32,000 bases of DNA, from NCBI RefSeq assembly GCF_000400465.1, contig NW_008806284.1, positions 300,001-332,000 on the forward strand. The letters are read 5' to 3'. Made by a program: the position numbers and the translations under genes. Within the stretch, counting starts at the first letter, position 1. Every line of letters begins with the position of its first letter. This DNA comes from Wallemia ichthyophaga EXF-994 (Eukaryota > Fungi > Basidiomycota). Shown in pieces: positions 20,815 through 31,275 of this stretch. The notes beneath the pieces were generated by a model. The model had not been told where the DNA came from. It was given only the letters and a program-made list of their open reading frames with translations, and searched no databases.

Positions 20815-23012
20815 CTAAACAGCCTTGTTTCCCTTCTTATTTTCCAGCTCGTGTATTTCATTCTGTAAGTCTCTCTCCTTCCGATCTCTTTCCATCCGTT
20901 CAAGCCCAGCTTTTGCCATGTTGTGCGTTCGAAACATAGGGTTAATCAACCGTCGCCATTGTTTGCCGGTGAAGTTGACTGGACTACCCAGTCCACTATA
21001 GATGCAAAAGTCGTACGCTAATGCACCTAAGATCGAGCCGCCGAAGGATCCCAAGATGGGCCCAGTTAGCCACCTGCTATTGTGAGATGATGATGTGTGA
21101 TGAGAGAAAATTACCCACCACCATCTATCGTGCGTCCATAGCTCCTTCCCGTAGCCAACGCAACTGAGCATGATGCGTGGGCCGAGGTCGCGAGCTGGGT
21201 TCATGGCATATCTGGTGAGTGTGATTGCTCAGGGAAAATTCACGTGCTAAAGACACCACACTCACCCGCTTAAAGCACCTAGAGACGTACCTATGGCCAT
21301 AATGATTAGTGCAAGAACTAGAGCACCCAAAGACGCTCCAGGTGGCGTATTGTCACGATCACCAAGGGCTAAAACACTCGATGTCAATACTGCAGTCGCG
21401 ATGACTTCCTGATACACTGCAAGACCGATGGTAGTATTTTCTGTTGTGGGGATTGTAGGGAATAACGCAGCTGTGCCACTCGAAGACACCGTCTTTGCGG
21501 GATCTATGTTGTAAAGAGACTGACAGTACATTCCATAGACCGTAAAGCTTCCGATAAATGCACCTAGAACCTGTGCAATCCAGTATTTCCAAAGCATTTT
21601 CCAAGGAAATCCTCGAAATAAAGCAAGAAAAAGAGTGATGGCTGGGTTAAGGTGGCCACCAGAAACACCACCAGCAATGTAAACGCCAGTCATGACTCCA
21701 ACGCCGAATCCCCAATTCAAATTCGTATATGCAGCTGTCTGATTTGTATAAATAAGTGTCTGACAGCTGGCGCCAGTGCCAATAATCATAAATACACACG
21801 TCCCGAGCATCTCTGCGAGCGGTTCCCGCATGTATTCTCTAATGTTGAACCAAAAATTGTAAATGGGTTCATCAGGATTCTCATACTTTTCTTGTTCAAT
21901 GGGATCATCAAGCCACTTATTTTCCATTTCTCCAACCTGCCCAGTGCCACCGCCTTGTGGGTAATTTTGCGACTTGTCAGTGTTATATGACAGAGAGCGG
22001 TCCTGATCAGCGGCCGGTGTGTCCTTTTGACCATCTATAATCCCACCGACCTGACCTTCCTCCTTTCCCTGAGTATCGCGATTAGTTAAATCCTTATCGT
22101 CTGACTTCTTGTCTGCCATCTCCTTGTCTGCCTGCTCCTTGTAGTAGCTATGCTGCTGTGTCTGGGTAGGAAACCTTTTGCTAGGCTGAGGACGAGCAAA
22201 CGACGGTCTTCTGTTGTCATCGATAACACCCCCGACCTGAAATGGTGTTCTGCTTGATTTTGTACTTTTATTGTCTTCCATCATTCCGCTTACTTGGCCA
22301 AAAGGAGTATTATGCTGACCAGGTGTTATTCCAGGTGTTATTCCAGGTGTTGTTCCAGGTGTTGTACCCGGTAAATTGAAATAGTCACCGGCCTGGTTGG
22401 TGTGATGAGATGGTGGCTGGGAACTCGAGTAGCTAGAGCCGAATTTGGTTGATCCTAAGTTTCCCGTGGGGAGAGATGGTGTGTTACCCGTGATACTAGA
22501 CGCCTGCTGATAGCCTAGTTCCCTGCCTCTGGAGAAAACGGCTTCTGCAGCTGCGTTTAAGACTTCTTGGCCACTTCCGCTAATATCGTTGTTTCTGCCT
22601 TGAGTCTTTCCACTTTCATGATTGCTAGGCTTCTCTGAATCCTCAGCAGGGAAGACACCCCCAATGCCCCAAAGGGGACGTTTGCTTTTTACTCTGCGCA
22701 TGTGCTCATTGTGCTTAGCTGTAATATTATTTTGGTGCTGTTGCTGTTGTTGCTGCTTCTGCTCTTTCTGGTTCTTTATAAAGCTTTCTTCGTCGTTTGC
22801 CTGTTGTTGCTGAGAATCGGTGAGTTTATCCTGTTGCTCGGGTTGCTTGAGCTGATCTCCCCCTGTGGGTGCTTGTGATTGTGCTTGAGGGGATCCTACG
22901 TGTGGTGTGTTTGGTCTGCTCTCTTCTTCTGGCTCCTCTTTCAACGTATCGTGCGTTGATATCTATGAACGCCTTAGAACACTATCAGATACATAGACAT
23001 GGCACTCACCAT
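20815..23012 (-). CDS. Aquaglyceroporin (MIP family, GlpF/Fps1-like), 698 aa with a long cytosolic N-terminus. Exons 23012-23010 (ATG only), 22962-21266, 21211-20815
   Basis: Two NPA boxes (SGGHLNPAIT and SG|YAMNPARDLGPR). The ar/R filter is W/G/Y/R by alignment to GlpF motifs. Introns are 47 nt (23009-22963) and 54 nt (21265-21212). Confidence 0.95.
22319..22372 (-). repeat. 12-bp tandem repeat (about 4.5 copies) encoding PG-TTPG-TTPG-ITPG-ITPG in the aquaglyceroporin N-terminus
   Basis: + strand: CCAGGTGTTATT x2, CCAGGTGTTGTT, CCAGGTGTTGTA, CCCGGT. Confidence 0.92.
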
Positions 23013-23480
23013 AAAGTTGAAATTTTGTCCTTATCGTAAATTCCGAACGGCTTACCAAAAGTGAGGATTTTTGACAGTGTGTCATTCTGATTTCACCGAT
23101 TTTTCATATTTTTGAGTAATGACGACATGACTTTAAAGTTATATAACAGCCGTTGCCGTAAACCTTATATTATTAGCCGTTCCTTCTTAGCCCTGTAAAC
23201 CAAGCGCTGAATGTCCGTCTCGATGCCGGTGATGCCGCCGTTATCACGAGATATTTTACAAATTAGCTGCATTCGTAGATATACATGTACATTCCTGATC
23301 GCTAGCCGTGGCGTGCCTCAATAAAGAAGGAAAGGGTCCTTTGGTTTACAACGGAGTGCCTGATTTGCGAGAAAAGTGTATTTAGCGTGTTTAATTCGTC
23401 TGGATAAGCTTCCACAGGCTATACACCAAATCATGCCTCCGCTAAAATCTCTCTGACTCCCACTACCTTCACCCTACGTT

Positions 23481-24572
23481 ATGACGTTGCGAGGATTTCT
23501 GCAGAACGCCAGGCTGCCCGTCATACAAGCGCCCATGGCCGGTGCCAGCACGCCCAAGATGGCGATAAGCGCGAGTAACTGCGGTGTACTAGGAAGTATC
23601 GGCTGCGGAATGATGCAGCCTAACGCACTCAAGAGCGCAATTAGAGAGACAAAAGCGGGGACTGAGAGACCATTTAATGTTAATTTATTCGTAACGGACA
23701 ATCAAGAAGGATACAATGTGGACAGCGTCCGCGATAGGTTGGCGTGGCTATACGACTACTATACGGAGATGGGACTGGATTCACCACGTCCATCCACATT
23801 CGCACCCAAATTCGAGGAGCAGTTTGAAGCCCTCCTGGAAGCCCAGCCTCCTATTGCGTCGTTTGTCTTCGGTGGGATAGATATTGCACGCGTAAATGCC
23901 TTGCATGAGCGAAATATATCTGCAAGTGATGTAGCTTTACAATTCGCACTACTCACGACCATGTAATCTCAGGTAATAGGCGCCGCCACCACACCAACTG
24001 AGGCTGAATACTGGCAGAGAGTGGGTGCAGATGGGATAGTTTTGCAGGGAATAGAGGCTGGTGGACACAGGTGCAGTTTCCTAGATCCAGAAAATCCAGG
24101 CGAGCCGCTCAGTGAGCTGCTCAAAGCGACGAGACATCTACACACACCGCTCATCGCAGCTGGCGGGATAATGAATGGTAGGGACGTGAGAGGTGCTTTG
24201 AGGCAAGGAGCAGACTGTGCACAGCTCGGCACGGCATTTTTGACAACCGAGGAGTCACCTGTACCTGCATCATACCGTGAATCTCTCATCGCTGCCCATA
24301 ATGACGATACCACTCTCACAAAGGCCTTTTCAGGGAGATGGGCACGCGGTATTAGGAACAGATTTACAGATATGGCTGGAGTGCAATTCACAGCTCCTTA
24401 TCCAGTTCAGAATGCCCTCACTCAGCCTCTGCGTAGCAATGCAGCAACACATCACCGCTCAGATGAGTTATCACTGTGGGCAGGTATGGGTGTTGGGGCT
24501 GTTCGTGACTCTCCCTCTACTCCACACCTCATCGATAAGCTGCAGAGGGAATATGATGGCTATAATATATGA
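23481..24572 (+). CDS. Nitronate monooxygenase / 2-nitropropane dioxygenase family flavoprotein (346 aa). Exons 23481-23921 and 23973-24572
   Basis: PVIQAPMAGASTPKMAISASNCGVLGSIG; PFNVNLFV; GADGIVLQGIEAGGHR; PLIAAGGIMNG; AQLGTAFL; TKAFSGRWARGIRN; LSLWAGMG. The intron is probably GC-AG (23922-23972). Confidence 0.93.
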
Positions 24573-24679
24573 ACTTGAAGAATATATGTAATATTGTATT
24601 CAATTAACTCGCTTACAAAAATAAACTATAACAAGACTTGCGTTGCTGTGTTTCTGAAAATTTTCTTAGACTACCCAGG

Positions 24680-24973
24680 CTAGTAATCATAATCATTTGG
24701 GCCTGGCTCATAGTCTGTTACTTGAACGCGGTAAAACTTGTTCTTGCTGCCAGGAGTTTCATTTTCGTTGGGGTCTGCGTTGAGGAGTGTATGTGATATA
24801 CCGCCTCTCTTGAGCGGATAACGTGGCTTTTGCGGGTGTTCAGCGAGTTCAGTGTCTTTTGAATGCTCAGATTTCCTAGGGTGTTCGCAGTCACCCCCCT
24901 TTATTGGCACAGGCGATGCTGCTGTGACAACCACTAGCATAATTAAGAGCAGTGTACACAATTGCCAGTTCAT
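24680..24973 (-). CDS. Small secreted protein (97 aa) with one KR site
   Basis: Signal peptide MNWQLCTLLLIMLVVVTAASP, an internal EHPRK/EHPQK duplication, PLKR|GG, and an acidic Tyr-rich C-terminus. Confidence 0.65.
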   Translation of the reverse strand: MNWQLCTLLLIMLVVVTAASPVPIKGGDCEHPRKSEHSKDTELAEHPQKPRYPLKRGGISHTLLNADPNENETPGSKNKFYRVQVTDYEPGPNDYDY

Positions 24974-25564
24974 TTCTCAGAAGCAGTTCACTGTGCTCTT
25001 TGAACTGTGGCTGATGTTGCTCTAACTTCCACTTCTTCGCCACCTTCATACCATTCCATCCATCGGTGATTGAAATTTAGACTAAAGGCCGGGAACAATC
25101 CATGTGGAAAGATCAGCAGACAGATTTTGATGTGACGGGATAAATATAGGTAGGATACATGATTTACACAAGAATTATGAGAAACGTGGTGTGTCTTAAC
25201 ATTCAACCAAGTTGAAGTGATGACTGGAGAGTCAGTAAAGTTCTGGTAAGGCTGTAATACCCACTTGAGCCGGCTTGGCTGCTACTATTGGCATGAAAGC
25301 CGCTAACGATAAAAGGAAAGATTTGGATTCTTGAGGGACTCGTAGGTTTTGATGGTGAAGTAAAGTGGAGAGAAATATCACAAATACAGCAAACAACGTC
25401 ATCATATCATACCTGCTGCGCAAACATTTGCTTCCTTTTCAAAAGACAATATGCGATCAAGATGACATCAGAAAAAATCTTGGCTAATCAAACGCATTAT
25501 TGTAGAGTGATGTAAACATAGTATACAAGCAGGCGTTAAAGGCATGTCTAAGAAAATGAGACAT

Positions 25565-25833
25565 TTAAATAGCCTTGTCTAAGGCGCCGTTAGCAACGTC
25601 ATTCAAAAGACGCTTCTCTTCCTTCAGGAGGCTTAGTAAAAATGAAAACACACCACTTTAGTCCACACTTACAGTTCCACGCTTGAGGATCTTGTCAGCA
25701 GCGCCGTTGGCGACGTGGTCGAGGAGCTGAGCTGTTTTAGTATGCGGGTATGTGCTAGTAAAATTCCACTCACTGGTGCAGCAAAGGCGGTAGAGAGAAG
25801 GGCAATGGTGGCAGCGATGGCTGAGAGCTTCAT
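25565..25833 (-). CDS. 56-aa secreted two-repeat Kex2 peptide precursor (absent from the ORF track). Exons 25833-25774, 25726-25673, 25621-25565
   Basis: Spliced translation MKLSAIAATIALLSTAFAAP|LLDHVANGAADKILKRGT|EEKRLLNDVANGALDKAI*. Introns are 47 nt (GTGAGT...ACTAA...CTCAG) and 51 nt (GTAAGT...ACTAAG...GAAG), both phase 0. Confidence 0.82.
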
Positions 25834-26605
25834 TTGAGCGATGGAAGTTGTCTGAGGAAAGCGTGTTGCGCGAATATTTATTCATTCAACCCGCGTTTAC
25901 CTTCCTTTTCCGGATATGCTAAAATTTTACATTCAAGAGATGTCGCATGTGAGAATTGGAAATTGATTGATTGAATTAATACAGAATCAAAGTTTTTGAT
26001 GATTTGGTTGATGCTGTATCGTCAAATGGCTCAGCTAGTGTTTGGAAGGTCCTTTCTGGTTCTGAGAATTCCCTCAGCAAAGTTCTTAAATGAATCTTGT
26101 AGGATAGGATGTGCTGTGGATGACGTTGAAGTGGCTATAACGAGACCAGTGACGATTGCTAAAAATTTCATTGCCTTGTGAGGAGTAGATGCGCAAAGCT
26201 GAGGAAGAAGATTATAATATAAAAAGATGCCTGCCTGAATTACTTATTTCGGTGTTTATTTGATTTAATATGTCGCAGTTTTGACTCATATTTTTGAGCG
26301 AACGAGTGTGAACAGGCTAGGATTTATAACATTGTTCTGTTGATGATAAAGCATTTTGCCGGTAGAATAACAAATTATCGGTTTCTTTGTTGCCAGCGGT
26401 CACGTGAAATCGCTCGTAACGAACACCAACCATGACACACTAAGACATTTACAATCAATTTAGCCACTATAGAATGCGCTTGAAAGCGCTTAAAAACGTT
26501 CATTGACTCATTTATTCCATTGACTCAACTACGGATGACGAAACTCGGTCACCGCAGACCGAGCGACACTGAGAAATCACTTCATCGACAGCTTAATCGA
26601 AAACA

Positions 26606-27705
26606 ATGAGAGGATTATTTATTAAAGGCGAGCGTAGCGTTGAGATTAAAGACGTCGATCGACCAGCACTTGATGGACACAACGATATTCTCGTCGAGGT
26701 GGGTGATAAGCTCTCACAGGCACACCACGCTCACCAAACCACCAGGTTCACGCGGTTGCACAGAACCCACCCGACAGTTTCTCACTCCTCGGTAGTCCCG
26801 GTAAACCTGGCAATCGCCTGGGAAGTGACTATGCGGGTGTTGTCGTTGAATCAAAATCAGACTGTGTTAAAATCGGTGACAGAGTCTGTGGTATGGTATC
26901 TGGCAACCACTCACCCCACCAAGGCTCATTTGCTGAATATTTAGCTACTTCCGCAGATCTCACTATCAAGATACCATCAGCGATGTCATTTCAATGCGCC
27001 TCTACACTCGGCATGTCCCTCTTCACTGCCATTCAAGCGCTCTTTCTCAAATCACCACTTGCTCTCGACCCCAACCACACCAAGGCAGTCCTCATCTGGG
27101 GCGCTAGCACTGCTATTGGCATGTACGCGGTGCAACTCGCTCACATCAGCGGTATAAAGATAGTGGCTACCACGAGTGAGAGGAATAAAGATCTAATTTC
27201 CTCCCTTGGTGCCCACATCGTTTTTGATTACAAAGATGCAGACGTGGTTGAGAAGGTGAGGGAATCTACAAACGACAATGTCACCTTCGCAATTGATTGC
27301 GTCGGCTCGCCAGAAACTCTCAAAAGTACAGTCGCATGTGCATCTGATGCGCAGTCAGCTACCGTGCACACTGTCCTGCCTCCCGCGAAAGATTTCAAAG
27401 CTAAGGCAAGTTCGAACGTCGTCTTCTCGCTCGTACACTCCGGCTTCGCTGAGGACCTCTCTTGGGCTAACTACCTTTTTCCCCGCCCCGTTACGATGGA
27501 GGAGATGATGCAGGAGCGCAAGGAGGCTGTCGCGTTCTTCGGTTACGACAGAGGCACAATCCCCGGTCTTTTAAGAGATGAAATTCTCAAAACTACACCT
27601 ATCGTCGCGACCAGCAAAGGGCTGGAAAATATCTTACCTTGGCTGCTCAAGATGGAAAAGGGTGAAATCAGAGCTGGTAAAGTTGTACATCTTTTGAAGG
27701 AATAA
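26606..27705 (+). CDS. Medium-chain dehydrogenase/reductase, enoyl-reductase-like (TOXD/LovC-like), 350 aa. Exons 26606-26698 and 26746-27705
   Basis: ILVE|VHAVAQNPPD; LGSDYAGVVV; KIGDRVCGMV; GSFAEY; VLIWGASTAIGMYAVQLAHISG; FDYKDADVVEKVR; GKVV. A 47-nt intron lies at 26699-26745. Confidence 0.9.
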
Positions 27706-27994
27706 TACGTTTTGCGAATAAGCTCATGTGCTATTTTCTGTATACTTTATTGCTTGATCTAAAATTTCCAAATGAGGATGGTCATTTTGATGAATGGTCT
27801 TCTGGTCGTCTAATTCTTATGTTGTTCAGCGATGCATGATGTATCGCTTCATAGAAATTGATTGGGGGTAATTATGCAACCTAATCACATAAATTCCATC
27901 ACACTTCAAATCTCCCAGTTAATCCGACTTCTGTCTTTCTTTTCACATCGTCTTCGAGTGCATCGACAAGCATGACGCAGCAATGACTCACTGA

Positions 27995-28024
27995 AATCTA
28001 ATCAAAGACAATCTAATCAAAGAC
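27995..28024. repeat. Perfect 15-bp tandem duplication AATCTAATCAAAGAC x2
   Basis: Read directly at 27995-28009 and 28010-28024. Confidence 0.9.
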
Positions 28025-28179
28025 ACACATGAATTGGGCATATGACGGCGTGTATCATAGCGCAAATTAATTTCTCCTACATTATTCAATGCGTGCCTCG
28101 ACATGCATGATTCACATGTGCTTGTGAGAGCGTTCAAAAAGGAGGACAGTCACCATATCCTGTATTCATACAACCAAAA

Positions 28180-28494
28180 ATGACAATTGAAACAGGTGAC
28201 GAGAAGAAAGTATACAAAATCCGCCTTCAGCTCACGGCCACAGATGCCGCGTTCCAAGACATTTTCGAGCTTATCAATCAGAGTGAGGTGTTTTAGTGAA
28301 AGATGCTAGGCTTATACATTCACACAGCTAGCAATAGGGTATGCACACTTTTACAATACGAGTCAGCCGGTATCTATCGTTGGCTGGACGTTGTCTCCTC
28401 ATACAATTCCTTATACAGGCTGCAACACGAGTACTACGGCGGCGCAATTATAGAGGACTTCGTTCTCATAAACAACCTTCCTCCTCCTTATTGA
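28180..28494 (+). CDS. Small hypothetical protein (89 aa), possibly PB1/ubiquitin-like fold. Exons 28180-28282 and 28328-28494
   Basis: MTIETGDEKKVYKIRLQLTATDAAFQDIFELINQT|SNRVCTLLQYESAGIYRWLDVVSSYNSLYRL... A 45-nt phase-1 intron (GTGAGG...CACAG) joins the two frames. The fold guess is weak. Confidence 0.55.
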
Positions 28495-28572
28495 GTTGTC
28501 CGAACGCTTTTCAGTACCTTATTTGATTACTGCGCGCTAAATGCATTTGAAATTTCTTTTTGAATCGCATTC

Positions 28573-28914
28573 ATGACTCTTGGTGGGTGCACGCGTGTAC
28601 TCAGAACCTGTCTTAGCTTTAAAGTCTGTGTAGGCTTGTTTGTCGTAGTGTTCCACAATTCAACGCCAAAAGACCACATCTTACGATTGATGCGACTGCT
28701 GATGCTCTATGGTGGGTGGGTGGATAGGAATGTTGATAGTCTTACGAACATCAAGACAGGTGCTAATATACATGAATTCAACGACGACAAAAAAAATAGC
28801 ACGCAATTAGAGTTTGAAATTGAGGAAGAGAGTATGGTTATGCAGAATATGCGTAACGACCCACATATTTGGGAAGTCGCCAAGGCTAGTAACTTCAAAA
28901 AGGTAAAGCCATAA
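28573..28914 (+). CDS. Stand-alone peptidase inhibitor I9-like protein (about 96 aa after an in-frame 51-nt intron 28583-28633)
   Basis: MTL|GLFVVVFHNSTPKDHILRLMRLLMLYGGWVDRNVDSL...MQNMRNDPHIWEV resembles the I9 pattern Y/F-I-V-V-F-K...GG...L..DP.I..I. Confidence 0.5.
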   Translation: MTLGGCTRVLRTCLSFKVCVGLFVVVFHNSTPKDHILRLMRLLMLYGGWVDRNVDSLTNIKTGANIHEFNDDKKNSTQLEFEIEEESMVMQNMRNDPHIWEVAKASNFKKVKP

Positions 28915-29832
28915 ACAAGATATGCCCGCAAGTACTTTAATATCAATCTTAACACTTTAGATACCCCTATTTTTGTATCACTGGCTTTTTAAATAAGGTT
29001 TCATATTGTCCATTGTTGTGGTCGGCCAACTTTATTATGACGTGCTATTGCGACCATGCCTGGCCTTCGGTATGCCATTGCTCCAAAGTGGAGATGCTAC
29101 TGATAATAGATATTATATGATGTTTACGATTGCTATTTGCTGCGTATGTGAATATGAGACAATGAGAATAACGCAGGAACGCATGCACTGGCTCCACAAT
29201 GCATGATATTCGACTCAAACATCACAAGCGCGCTCTGCAGTCGATATAAAGTATATTTACCATGTAAACCACTCATATCTACTTCAGAGCCCCTGCATAA
29301 TCAACGAGAATTAATGATGCAGAGCTGCTATGGTGACTGATATCATCATGTCAGATAAGTAAATGTGTGCTGTATAATTAACAAATGAAGTCATTGCAGT
29401 ATGTTTGTAAATGTCATACATGTGTACTGTTTGACTTAATCCTCGTTGCGTATTTGCCAACAAATGTTCTCAAATCTCTCCTCAGATGTCCATCAGCAAT
29501 GCTTGAAGCTTAGCTGCAGATTGACGTACTAATCAAGCAATATCCATTGACTTGCCGCTAGTTTAGTATGATCCATTGTCTCGATTATTTTGAAAGGTAA
29601 ATTTTCAGCTTACTGTTTTTTTTCCACTTCAAGGATCGCCGAAGTTACTTCGATATTTGGCTGAATACTTGAAATCATACATCATAAACAGCCGGCGTGA
29701 GCTGAATATTCATAAAGCAGTAGGAAAGATAGTCCTAAAGCCGGGTTAAGGGTAAGAATCAGGCAAGTATACACATAAACTATTGATTGTTTAATACAAA
29801 AGCAGCATCGAAAGTATTAGATGCTAAGCAGC

Positions 29833-30643
29833 TCAGTATTTCTTATCGTCCTTGTACTTATCTTTGTTGCTGCTGTGCTGTTTGTCGTTGCTGTCGGACT
29901 TTTTGTCGCTTGACTTTGTATCGTCGGGCTTGCCATCGTCGTGTTTCATGTTGTTGTGCTTATCGTCGTAATTTTTATGCTGCTTCTTTTCACTTCCGTC
30001 CTTCTCACCACCATGCTTCTTGTTATTGTTGTCATGCTTCATTTCGTTATATTTCTTTTGGTCATGATACATGTCTTGCTCGTTGTCCTCGTAATTTTTG
30101 TTGTCGCTGTGCTTCTTGCCATTGTCAGTATACTGCTTATCTTGGTGCTTCATACCGCTGGACTTCATGTTGTCATACTTGTCATCATGTTTCTTGTCGT
30201 TGCTGCCGTGCTTGTCATCATAATTTTTGTCATTGCTTTCATACTTGTCATGCTTCTTGTCAGACTTCCAGTATTCGTCAGTCTTCTGGTAAAACATTGT
30301 AAGCTAATTTTCACCAAACATCACTTCAACCAACCCTGACATCCGCTTTGTTCTTCTCAGCAGCCTCATTGTTCAGCTTGATTTGCTTCTCAACTTCCTC
30401 GCGATGCTTCTTGAGTGCCTCTTCGTGGGATAGCTTGTCTTGCTTGTCGTATTTGCCGTGGTTGTTGTCATTCTTGGCATCGACACCATTACCATAGTTG
30501 TAGTCATCCTTGTGGTCTTTGATGGCGTTGGCGTCTTTCTCATCTCCGCGACGGGCGATGTTGTCTGGTTGTGTGACTGCTGCTGATGCGATGGTGCCAG
30601 TGAATGCAAGAACGGCGAGAGCTTTGGCGGTGTTGAAGTACAT
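29833..30643 (-). CDS. Secreted His/Asp/Lys/Asn-rich hydrophilic repeat protein, copy B (253 aa). Exons 30643-30335 and 30285-29833
   Basis: Exon 1 differs from copy A at 3 of 103 residues and has the same 49-nt intron. The repeat exon is shorter and rearranged (KKHDKY, MKHQD, MKHDN, MKHDDGK). Confidence 0.85.
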
Positions 30644-30859
30644 TTCTGTCTTTTGGGATGTAGAAAAGCAAGAAGGATATAGCGCTTCTTATAAAGCCAG
30701 CTGGGCTGATGATTCTTCTGCTATAGTCACATCTCGTCATTCTGCCAAGCTAACGAGGCTGAAGCATTATGTGGCGCAAATTAAGGGTATATATGAGCAT
30801 ATATAGTATTGTAATAAGGACATTTTGTTGCTGGAAAGCTTCTGTTGCTGTCAGAGCTC
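30250..30859 (-). repeat. Inverted copy of the 11218-11830 segment
   Basis: Reverse-complement match to the copy A promoter, exon 1 and intron. Confidence 0.95.
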
Positions 30860-31275
30860 TATCCACTCTCATCTCGACGGCAAGTGGGCTGATATGGCCA
30901 AATTGAGCTTAACTAGGATCTTTAAGCTGCTCGCGGAGTACAGGCATGTTAACGCCCAGTATATCTCGGAATAGATTTGGTGATAGCCGTTAGATCGCTC
31001 AAGAATTCTGATGGCTTTAAGCATTGCAATATAGCTTTCTAACGCAATAAGCCTCACGCATACACGCACATACGCACACCCAAGTACTGCATCCTCTAAG
31101 ATATCCACCGATGAGGCATCTCGGCTATATCCTCGGATGCGTAACACGCTGAGGAAACCAAAATTGCACGCCCGCGTACAGACCCTGCCCTCGAAAATCG
31201 CTTAAAGATTTTATCGAGCTCACCCCTTTAATAAAATCTCCACAATGCGGGGTGATCAGTTACCGCTCGACGCTC

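Noticed and set aside
24988-25423. ORFs 25232-25423 (signal-like FLLSLAAFMPIVAAKP) and 24988-25206
   Set aside because: I could not build a consistent start and splice model. It may be a decayed secreted-peptide gene, but the support is insufficient.
25658-25885. ORF-track 75-aa Cys/His-rich protein
   Set aside because: A composite of 5' UTR, off-frame exon 1, intron and exon 2 of the 56-aa precursor.
23481-27705. NMO plus enoyl-reductase-like genes as a secondary-metabolite cluster
   Set aside because: There is no PKS, NRPS or terpene backbone gene in the window, and both families are commonly stand-alone.
29743-29755. GGGTTAAGGGTAA telomere-like word
   Set aside because: Only about two degenerate units at an internal position.
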